Assembly: GCA_030830685.1 (NCBI GenBank)
Contig: JAURMM010000133.1
Span: 1-47,246 of the forward strand
Reading direction: 5' to 3'
Origin: Gammaproteobacteria bacterium
GTDB taxonomy: Bacteria; Pseudomonadota; Gammaproteobacteria; Ga0077536
DNA: 47,246 nt
Position numbers and translations under genes: made by a program. Shown here one piece after another: positions 40,065 through 47,246 of the stretch. Each line of letters starts with the position of its first letter. Positions within the stretch are counted from its first letter, which is position 1. The notes beneath the pieces are model-generated. The model did not search any database and was not told the DNA's origin. It saw only the letters and a list, made by a program, of their open reading frames with translations.

Positions 40065-41144
40065 ATGACTGCGAACAACACCGTGAGACTGCCTGCGGGC
40101 GACACAGGGGCTCCACTCCGGGATATCCGCAAAACCGGACTCGACCCCGATTTCTGGTATCCGGTTGCCCACAGCCGCGAGGTCAAGGCTGGCAAGGCGC
40201 ATGCGGCCACCTTCGCAGGGCAAGCCATCGTGCTGGTGCGCGGCAAGGACGGCCGCGTATTCGCGCTGGAAGACCGCTGCGCCCACCGTCAGGTGCCATT
40301 GCACGTGGGTGAAGTGGTTGCTGATGGCATCAAGTGCGGGTACCACGGCTGGACCTACGACACCACCGGACGCTGCGTGAGTGTGCCGTATCTCGATCAA
40401 TGCGCGAGCAAGCCCAACAGCGTGAAGGCGTATCCCTGCCGGGAAGCCTACGGCCTCGTGTTCGTGTTTCCGGGCGACGTCACCAAGGCGAACGAAGTGG
40501 CTTTCCCGGATGTTCCTTCCGCCACCAATCCCGCCTACAAGACGCGCTACCTCAACCGACGCGTGAACTGCCACTACAGCTTCATGCACGAGAATCTGAT
40601 GGACATGAATCATCAGTTCCTGCATCGCAGACTGATGGGTGGCATCAAGACGCTCTTCCTGGGCGTGCGCAGCGGCGAGAACTGGATCGAGGCCGACTAC
40701 ACCTTCAAGCGCAACGCCGGGAGGCAACCTCTCGGGGAGAAGTTCATGCTCGGCAAACGGCCGGAGGCGCAGGAAGGCGAACGGGATCTGATGACCATCC
40801 GCACCGGTTACCCCTACCAGACGCTGCGTTTCTGGACTGCGGGCAGCACTGAGCCGGCGCTCGATCTCTGGAACTGCTATATCCCGCTGGATCGCGCCCA
40901 GCGCACCAACCACACCTATGGCCTCATGATGATCCGCCGCCCGTCCATCCCTGGCCTCATCAACCTGCTGTGGCCGGCGATCGTATGGTTCACCAACGGC
41001 ATCTTTGCCGAGGACCGCTTCATCTGCGAGCTGGAGCAGGCTGCGTTCGATGCCCAGGGCGAAGATCAGAACCAGGAAATCTTCCCCGCCATCCGCGGAC
41101 TGCGCAGCGTGCTGGTCGAAAACGGCATTCCGCTGGAGGCCTGA
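40065..41144 (+). CDS. Rieske non-heme iron oxygenase alpha subunit (VanA/KshA-like architecture)
   Basis: DRCAHR...CGYHGWTY (Rieske CxH/CxxH), ENLMDMNHQFLH (mononuclear Fe DxxH...H), FAEDRFICE. Confidence 0.9.
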   Translation: MTANNTVRLPAGDTGAPLRDIRKTGLDPDFWYPVAHSREVKAGKAHAATFAGQAIVLVRGKDGRVFALEDRCAHRQVPLHVGEVVADGIKCGYHGWTYDTTGRCVSVPYLDQCASKPNSVKAYPCREAYGLVFVFPGDVTKANEVAFPDVPSATNPAYKTRYLNRRVNCHYSFMHENLMDMNHQFLHRRLMGGIKTLFLGVRSGENWIEADYTFKRNAGRQPLGEKFMLGKRPEAQEGERDLMTIRTGYPYQTLRFWTAGSTEPALDLWNCYIPLDRAQRTNHTYGLMMIRRPSIPGLINLLWPAIVWFTNGIFAEDRFICELEQAAFDAQGEDQNQEIFPAIRGLRSVLVENGIPLEA

Positions 41145-41172
41145 GTTCGCCCCGGCAGGCGGGGGTGTGCGC

Positions 41173-41802
41173 TCAGCGGCGTACGATGCCTGCCTGGGTC
41201 GCATCTGCGCGCCGGAAGTCCGGCGCCTCGAGCAAGGTCGGATCCGCGAGGAAGGCTCGCACCCAGTCCACCGTGTCCTCACCCCAGAAGAGCTCTCCCC
41301 TCGCCTCGAAGGTCGGCACGCCCCACAGCCCCCGCGCGAGTGCCTGTTCAGTGTTTCCTGCCAGCACGGACTTCACTGCCGGCTGCGCGATGCGCGCCGT
41401 GGCATCCGTCTCCCCGAGCGCAGCTGCGAGCGCCTCGAACTCGAGCTCCGGATCGCGCCCCTCAGTCCAGATGAATTCAAAGGTGCGCGCGATATCTGCC
41501 TCCCGCACGCCGCGGGCGATGATGAGGCGCAAGGCGGGCAGTGGATTGAAGGGGTGTCGGGGCGGCATCACGAATTTGATCCCGCGCTGGCGCGCCACCC
41601 ATGCGCTGTGCCGATAGGTGTGGATGCGCTTCTCTGGCAGCTCGGCTGGACCTTTCATGTCCCACGCCTTGAGCAGCCCGGCAAACAGCACCGGCACATA
41701 TTCGATCTCTGCCGCCTCGGTGAGTTCTGGCAGGCGCTTGAAGCAGAGGTAGGCGTAGGGCGAGATGACATCGAAATACCAGCGCAGCTTCACTCGCGAC
41801 AT
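41173..41802 (-). CDS. 2-hydroxychromene-2-carboxylate isomerase / kappa-class GST (DsbA-like fold)
   Basis: WYFDVISPYAY, PFNPLPALR, ARGLWGVPTF, LFWGED; ATG overlaps the upstream TGA (TGATG). Confidence 0.85.
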   Translation of the reverse strand: MSRVKLRWYFDVISPYAYLCFKRLPELTEAAEIEYVPVLFAGLLKAWDMKGPAELPEKRIHTYRHSAWVARQRGIKFVMPPRHPFNPLPALRLIIARGVREADIARTFEFIWTEGRDPELEFEALAAALGETDATARIAQPAVKSVLAGNTEQALARGLWGVPTFEARGELFWGEDTVDWVRAFLADPTLLEAPDFRRADATQAGIVRR

Positions 41803-43340
41803 CAGTGTTCTCCGGGGCGGACGGAAGAGGGATCGGCGGAGCTCACGCCGCGCCCACGCATGCACCAGGCAAGCAGCGCAGCGGCCACCAGGCCAATGCT
41901 GGCGACCGTACCGAAAAGCTCGCTCAGGGTGAAGCGTTCGTAGACTGCGGCCACCCGCCCACCGAGATAATTGCCGACTGAGGCTGCAAGAAACCAGACT
42001 CCCATGGTGAGCCCGGCGATGCGCGCAGGTGCCAGGCGCGTCATCGCGCTGAGGCCCACGGGCGAGAGACACAGTTCACCCAGTGAGTGCAGGACATAGG
42101 TCGCCACCAGCCAGAGCGGACTGACCTTGACGCCTGTGGCCGCGAGCTGCGCCGCCATGAACAACACGCCGAAGCCTGCGGCCACGAGCAGCAGCCCCAG
42201 GGCGAACTTGGTGGTTGGCGCAGGGTTACGGGATCCAAGACGCACCCAGAAGACCGCAAACACGGGGGCAAGCGAAATGATGAGCATGGGGTTCAAGGAA
42301 TGAAACCAGGTGGTCGGGAAGGCATAGCCCAACCAGTCGAGGTGGCGATCCGTGTTCCGCTCCGCGAACAGGGTGAGCGTGGAACTGCCCTGTTCGAACA
42401 ATGACCAGAACACCACGGCGCCCAGGAACAAGACCAGGATGAGTCGCAGATTGCGGCGCTCTTCCTCACTCCAACCGGGTGCGAACAACAGCCAGCCGAA
42501 GAAGAGAATCACCAGGGTTAGCAGCAAGCCACCGAACAGATTGCTCAGGTCCTGAACGGAGATGTGCCCAAGCGCCATCGCAGCGGCGAGGATGATCACC
42601 ACCCCGAGGGCGCTCGCCGAGGCATGGCGCAGCCGCCGCCATTCGCGTGGGCCCGGCGCGTGCGCGGGATGTTCACTCGCGGCAGGCAGAACTGCGCGCG
42701 CACGCTGAAAAATCACGAGACCGATGAGCATGCCGAGGGCGGCCGCACCAAAGGCGGCATGCCACGCCAACTGCGGCGAGAGGCCCGCGCCCTGCAGCCA
42801 GGCGCGGACCGGCGGTGACAGGGCAAGCCAGCCGCAGGCGAGGGGCGCGAGGAAGGCACCGATGTTGATGCCCATGTAATACAGCGAGAAACCGCTGTCG
42901 CGGCGCGGATCGCCCGGACCATAGAGCTGACCGACCAGAGTGCTGATGCTGGGCTTCAGCAGGCCCGTGCCCAGCACCAGGAACGCCATGCCGAGGTAGA
43001 GACCATCCGGCACAGGCCAGGCCATGCAGAGATGTCCGGCCAGAATCAGCAAGCCACCAGAGAGCGTGGCGCGCCGGGTACCGAGGAACCGATCGGCCAG
43101 CCAGCCGCCGGGCAGGCAGGCGAGGTACACGAGACCCGAATAAAGGCCATAGATGGCGCCGGCGCGTGCGACATCAAAACCGAGGCCACCCTCGCTGACT
43201 GCCGCCGTCATGTAGAGCACGAGCAGGCCGCGCATGCCGTAAAAGCTGAAGCGCTCCCACAGCTCAGTGTGAAAAAGCGGGCTGAGGCCCGGTGGATGGC
43301 CCCATCTACCCTGAGCAGAGCGCAGCTGGTCATCGGGCAT
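41802..43340 (-). CDS. POT/PTR family proton-dependent oligopeptide transporter
   Basis: TELWERFSFYGMR (ExxERFxYY-like), GGWLADRFLG, GTGLLKP, FSLYYMGINIGA, LGELCLSPVG. Confidence 0.93.
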   Translation of the reverse strand: MPDDQLRSAQGRWGHPPGLSPLFHTELWERFSFYGMRGLLVLYMTAAVSEGGLGFDVARAGAIYGLYSGLVYLACLPGGWLADRFLGTRRATLSGGLLILAGHLCMAWPVPDGLYLGMAFLVLGTGLLKPSISTLVGQLYGPGDPRRDSGFSLYYMGINIGAFLAPLACGWLALSPPVRAWLQGAGLSPQLAWHAAFGAAALGMLIGLVIFQRARAVLPAASEHPAHAPGPREWRRLRHASASALGVVIILAAAMALGHISVQDLSNLFGGLLLTLVILFFGWLLFAPGWSEEERRNLRLILVLFLGAVVFWSLFEQGSSTLTLFAERNTDRHLDWLGYAFPTTWFHSLNPMLIISLAPVFAVFWVRLGSRNPAPTTKFALGLLLVAAGFGVLFMAAQLAATGVKVSPLWLVATYVLHSLGELCLSPVGLSAMTRLAPARIAGLTMGVWFLAASVGNYLGGRVAAVYERFTLSELFGTVASIGLVAAALLAWCMRGRGVSSADPSSVRPGEH

Positions 43341-43492
43341 GGCGACAGTGTTCCTTGTGCGCGATCAGTGTCACACGCTAACACCCGGACGCAGCGGTGT
43401 CGAAAAGCCTGCGCTTGCAGCCGGGTGACGCCACCACGCCCCTCGGCTAAAGTGCCAGTCCCTTATCAGGCAGCCAGCATCAGGAGAGGCCC

Positions 43493-44671
43493 ATGACCGA
43501 CGCCGTGATCGTTTCCACCGCCCGCACCCCACTCTGCAAGAGCTGGCGCGGCGCCCTCAACATGACCCATGGCGCGACCATGGCGGGCCACGTGGTCAAG
43601 GCGGCAGTCGAGCGTGCGGGCATCGACCCGGGCGAAGTCGATGACGTGATCCTCGGCTGTGCCAACCCTGAAGGTGCCACCGGCTGGGACATCGCCCGCC
43701 AGGCGGCGCTGCGCGCTGGCATGCCGGTGTCCGTCTCCGGCATGACTGTGAACCGCTTCTGCTCCTCCGGCCTGCAGACCGTGGCCTTGGCTGCACAACG
43801 CATTCTCACCGGCGAAGCCGAGGTGTATGTCGCGGGTGGCGTGGAATCCATCTCCTGCGTGCAGAACGAGATGAACAAGCACATGTTCGAGGACGAGTGG
43901 CTGAAGGCCAACAAGCCCGCCGTGTACTGGCCCATGCTGCAGACGGCAGAGAATGTCGCGCAGCGCTACGGCATCGGCCGCGAGGTGCAGGATCGTTATG
44001 GGGTGGAAAGCCAGCAGAGAGCGGCCCGCGCGCGCGCCGAAGGCAAGTTCGTGGATGAAATCGTGCCCATCACCACGAAGATGAAGATCATCGACAAGGC
44101 GACCGGCCAGGAAAGCTTCCGTGAAGTCACGGCCAGCGAAGATGAAGGCATCCGCGCCGATACCACTTATGAAGGGGTTTCCGTGATCAAGCCCGCGGTT
44201 GAGGGTGGCTGCATCGCCGCCGGCAACGCCAGCCAGTTTTCGGATGGCGCAGCCGTGCAGGTCCTGATGAGCGACCGTCTCGCGGCCCAGAAAGGCCTGA
44301 AGCCGATGGGGATCTTCCGCGGTTTCGCCGTGGCCGGCTGCGAACCTGACGAGATGGGCATCGGCCCGGTGTTCGCGGTGCCCAAGCTCCTCAAGCAGAC
44401 CGGTGTGAAGGTGGAAGATATCGGGCTGTGGGAGCTCAACGAGGCTTTCGCGGTCCAGGTGATCTACTGCCGTGACAAGCTCGGTATTCCTGCCGAGCGC
44501 CTCAACGTGAACGGTGGCGCGATCGCGGTCGGACATCCCTATGGCATGACGGGCAGCCGACTGGTCGGCCATGCCCTCATCGAGGGCAAGCGTCGCGGGG
44601 TGAAGTATGTGGTGGTCACCATGTGCATCGGCACCGGCATGGGCGCCGCCGGTCTTTTCGAGGTCTGCTGA
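43493..44671 (+). CDS. Acetyl-CoA C-acyltransferase (thiolase)
   Basis: [44 protein letters not shown]; AGGAG RBS. Confidence 0.94.
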   Translation: MTDAVIVSTARTPLCKSWRGALNMTHGATMAGHVVKAAVERAGIDPGEVDDVILGCANPEGATGWDIARQAALRAGMPVSVSGMTVNRFCSSGLQTVALAAQRILTGEAEVYVAGGVESISCVQNEMNKHMFEDEWLKANKPAVYWPMLQTAENVAQRYGIGREVQDRYGVESQQRAARARAEGKFVDEIVPITTKMKIIDKATGQESFREVTASEDEGIRADTTYEGVSVIKPAVEGGCIAAGNASQFSDGAAVQVLMSDRLAAQKGLKPMGIFRGFAVAGCEPDEMGIGPVFAVPKLLKQTGVKVEDIGLWELNEAFAVQVIYCRDKLGIPAERLNVNGGAIAVGHPYGMTGSRLVGHALIEGKRRGVKYVVVTMCIGTGMGAAGLFEVC

Positions 44672-44692
44672 CCCGTCCAAGGCAGCCCCCTC

Positions 44693-44721
44693 CCCGGCGA
44701 TGGCGGCAACGCATCGCCGGG
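44693..44721 (+). terminator. Stem-loop after the thiolase gene (possible weak terminator)
   Basis: CCCGGCGATG/CATCGCCGGG 10-bp stem with 9-nt loop, followed only by TTCAAT. Confidence 0.35.
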
Positions 44722-44784
44722 TTCAATCCCGCATGAACAGCATGCATCACCACAGCCAGGGATCCAGGCTCAAAGGAAAGACTG

Positions 44785-46065
44785 ATGCCAACGGATTCAC
44801 CCGCCACAACGCACGGCACTTCAAAGGAGCCCAGCCACACTCGCATCATCATGGCCGGCCTCGTCGGCAATGTAATGGAGTGGTATGACTTTGCGGTCTA
44901 CGGCTACTTTGCTTCGGTCATTGGCCAGCTGTTCTTCCCCTCCACGGATCCCGCCGTCTCGCTGATCGCCGCATTTGGCGCCTTTGCCGCCGGCTTCCTC
45001 GTTCGTCCCTTGGGGGGTGTGGTCTTCGGCCGCATCGGCGATCTGGTGGGGCGCCGCCGGGCGCTGATGCTGTCCGTGTTGTGCATGGCAGTGCCGACCG
45101 TGCTGATAGGCCTGCTGCCGACCTATGCTTCCATCGGCATGGCGGCGCCGATCCTCATCGTCGTGCTGCGCATGGTCCAAGGCCTCTCCGTCGGCGGGGA
45201 GTACACCACGTCTGTCATTTTTCTGGTTGAACACTCACCCTCCAACCGCCGCGCCTTCAACGCGGTGTGGGGTGTCTGGGGTTCGGTTGCTGGAATCCTG
45301 CTCGGTTCGCTGATGGGTTCCATCGTCGCGGACACCTTGTCCGCGGAACAATTGAGTGCCTGGGGCTGGCGAATTCCCTTCCTGCTGGGCGCTCTGGTGG
45401 CAATCACTGGCTTGCTGGTGCGGCGCGCACTGCACGCCGAGGGCGCTCCTGCCGAGAGCAGCCAGCCGCTACGCGATACCTTTGGTCGTCATCGGGGTTC
45501 CGTACTGAGGGTCGCGCTGCTCAACATCGGCCAGGGTGTCACGTTCTATGCAGCCTTCGTGTATGCCGTCACCTACATCAAGGTCGTGGATCAGCTGCCC
45601 GAAGGCATCGCCTTCAACAACAACACGGCGGCCATGGCCTTGCTGCTGCTGTTCCTGCCGCTGGCCGCGTGGCTGGCTGATCGCATGGGCCGCAAGCCCA
45701 TGCTGATCGCCGGGTTTGCGCTGGCTGCCTTTGGTGCCTTGCCGCTGTTCCAGTTGATGCATCACAGCGACCCCATGCTCATTTTTCTCGGCGAGGTTGG
45801 CTTTGCGTTGGCCTTTGCCTGCATCGGCGGGGCGGTCGTGGTCAACGTCGAGCTTATTCCGCGCGCTGTGCGCTGCACCGGTCTCGCCATCGGTTACAAC
45901 ACGGCGATTGGTCTTTTCGGCGGAACCACACCACTCGTCGCCGCGTGGCTCATCCGGGAAACCGGCAATCCGCTCGCGCCGGCCTGGTGGGTAGCAGGGG
46001 CCGCGGGCATCAGCCTTTTGACGACCCTGTTCCTCATACCGGAAACCCGACACCAGTCACTGTGA
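44785..46065 (+). CDS. MFS transporter, metabolite:H+ symporter (ProP/MHS-like) family
   Basis: GNVMEWYDFAVYG, RPLGGVVFGRIGDLVGRR, QGLSVGGEY, LADRMGRKP, GLFGGTTP. Confidence 0.92.
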   Translation: MPTDSPATTHGTSKEPSHTRIIMAGLVGNVMEWYDFAVYGYFASVIGQLFFPSTDPAVSLIAAFGAFAAGFLVRPLGGVVFGRIGDLVGRRRALMLSVLCMAVPTVLIGLLPTYASIGMAAPILIVVLRMVQGLSVGGEYTTSVIFLVEHSPSNRRAFNAVWGVWGSVAGILLGSLMGSIVADTLSAEQLSAWGWRIPFLLGALVAITGLLVRRALHAEGAPAESSQPLRDTFGRHRGSVLRVALLNIGQGVTFYAAFVYAVTYIKVVDQLPEGIAFNNNTAAMALLLLFLPLAAWLADRMGRKPMLIAGFALAAFGALPLFQLMHHSDPMLIFLGEVGFALAFACIGGAVVVNVELIPRAVRCTGLAIGYNTAIGLFGGTTPLVAAWLIRETGNPLAPAWWVAGAAGISLLTTLFLIPETRHQSL

Positions 46066-46141
46066 TGGCAGGCAATCCGAACCCACCGTATCCTCCGGCA
46101 AGCGTGCTGGATACGGAAAACCCAAGCCCTGGAGGTTGCGC

Positions 46142-46993
46142 ATGAAGCTCGGCGTCGTCATTTTTCCGACCGACAAATCGATCCAGCCGGTGGAGCTGGC
46201 CCGCGAAGTCGAGGCCCGGGGTTTTGAGTCCCTGTGGTTTCCGGAGCACAGCCACATTCCCACCAGCCGTGAGACGCCCTGGGGTGGGCGCAAGAATGCG
46301 CCGCCGCTGCCCGAGTGCTACTGGCGCTCGCATGATCAGTTCGTGGCACTCGCAGCCGCGGCCGCCGTCACGAGCAAAATCCGGCTGTGCACCGGCATCA
46401 CGCTTGTGGCCCAGCGCGACCCCATCTGGCTGGCCAAAGAGGTGGCGAGCCTCGACATGATTTCCGGGGGACGCTTTGAACTCGGTATCGGTTACGGCTG
46501 GTGCGCGGAAGAAATGCGCAATCACGGGCTCGACTACAAGAAGCGTCGCGCCATCCTGCGCGAGAAAATCCTGCTGATGAAAGCGCTGTGGACCCAGGAT
46601 GAGGCCGAGTTCCACGGCGAGCATATCCAGTTCGAGAAAAGCTGGGCCTGGCCCAAGCCCGTGCAGCGTCCGCACCCGCCGATCATCCTGGGCGGAGGCA
46701 TCGGCCCGAGCACGGCGGCACACATCGCAGAGTTCTGTGATGGATGGATTCCCATCGCCAGCCGCTACAGCATCGAAGACGGGCGCGCCATGATCGACGA
46801 GGCCTGTCGCGCGGCGGGCAGGGATCCTGCCAGTGTCAACCTGCAGATTTTCTATCTGGGTGCGGTGGCCGCAGATGACCTTGCAAGGGACCGGGAACGT
46901 GGCGCGATTCGTGGTGTGCTACCGCTGCCCTCCGAGGGAAGGGAGAAGGTGCTACCGGTTCTGGACAGCTACGCGAAATTGCTTGGGCATTGA
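46142..46993 (+). CDS. LLM-class flavin/F420-dependent oxidoreductase (Rv2161c-like)
   Basis: GFESLWFPEHSHIP, LCTGITLVAQRDP, AKEVASLDMISGGRFELGIGYGW, PKPVQRPHPPI; ATG 46142 with GGAGG RBS. Confidence 0.87.
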   Translation: MKLGVVIFPTDKSIQPVELAREVEARGFESLWFPEHSHIPTSRETPWGGRKNAPPLPECYWRSHDQFVALAAAAAVTSKIRLCTGITLVAQRDPIWLAKEVASLDMISGGRFELGIGYGWCAEEMRNHGLDYKKRRAILREKILLMKALWTQDEAEFHGEHIQFEKSWAWPKPVQRPHPPIILGGGIGPSTAAHIAEFCDGWIPIASRYSIEDGRAMIDEACRAAGRDPASVNLQIFYLGAVAADDLARDRERGAIRGVLPLPSEGREKVLPVLDSYAKLLGH

Positions 46994-47141
46994 TCTCAGC
47001 TTCACCAGCGCGGGCCACGCCGCCGGCGTGCCATGGTGAGATGGAACCGCAGCAACACACGGGGCGTTCAGCCATGCGCCGCAACCTTACTCGAAGTAAT
47101 GCGCGCGTTCGCCGGATGCAAAAGTCGCTCGCCACCAGGCC

Positions 47142-47246
47142 TCAAACGGTGAAGACAGTGGAGCCCGTAGTCTTGCGTGCCTCGAGATCGATGTGTGCCT
47201 GCGCCGCCTCGCGCAACGGATAGGTCTGATTGATCGCAATCTTCAC
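47142..47246 (-). CDS. qor: Quinone oxidoreductase (zeta-crystallin/MDR family), C-terminal 34 aa only
   Basis: Not in the ORF track. Manual translation VKIAINQTYPLREAAQAHIDLEARKTTGSTVFTV* matches the typical Qor C-terminus. Confidence 0.78.
   Translation of the reverse strand: MKIAINQTYPLREAAQAHIDLEARKTTGSTVFTV

Noticed and set aside
43357-43374. GTGTCAC half-site between the POT and thiolase genes
   Set aside because: No partner half-site at 11 bp and no -10 at the expected spacing.
44716-44735. GGGTTCAATCCC resembling a tRNA T-arm
   Set aside because: The stem does not extend to 5 bp, and there is no acceptor stem, D-arm or anticodon arm.
46086-46116. CCGTATCC/GGATACGG hairpin before the LLM gene as a terminator or riboswitch
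   Set aside because: Followed by A's rather than U's on the coding strand, with a long loop and no recognisable aptamer.
46836-47135. Small Cys-rich ORF (PVCCCG) between the LLM gene and qor
   Set aside because: Overlaps the LLM gene antisense, has no RBS or family motif, and the region is better explained as a convergent intergenic spacer with a GC hairpin.
1-47246. CRISPR arrays, IS elements, integrases, prophage or defence genes
   Set aside because: No spaced direct repeats, terminal inverted repeats, recombinase/transposase motifs or obvious low-GC island were seen by eye.

Overview
GC-rich chromosomal segment of a Gammaproteobacterium-like organism (inferred from gene content and order; no finer taxonomy is supportable). 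No CRISPR array, rRNA, tRNA, integrase or transposase was seen. The left arm is a housekeeping operon on the minus strand (leuS-lptE-holA-proA-nadD-rsfS-rlmH-maf), flanked by a partial aminopeptidase P and a TPR-methyltransferase. The middle ~26 kb is a phosphate supercluster: phoBR, pstSCAB-phoU, ppk1, ppx, a Na/Pi-cotransporter-family gene and two unrelated phosphatases, with Pho boxes readable upstream of phoB and pstS and probably pstC. The right arm holds typA-dtd, a flavodoxin, a Rieske oxygenase, a kappa-GST/HCCA isomerase, a POT transporter, a thiolase, an MHS transporter, an LLM (F420-type) oxidoreductase and a partial qor. The best candidate for an undescribed system is a two-gene module between ppx and ppk1. 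It pairs a chemoreceptor-type periplasmic four-helix bundle (motifs resembling my recollection of the Pi receptor CtpH) that has two TM helices and no cytoplasmic signalling domain with a Na/Pi cotransporter whose GANIGT Asn is Ser in both repeats. The module may have its own PhoB-type leaderless promoter. All family calls come from motif recognition by eye; no database search was run, and several start codons were re-picked from the ORF track.
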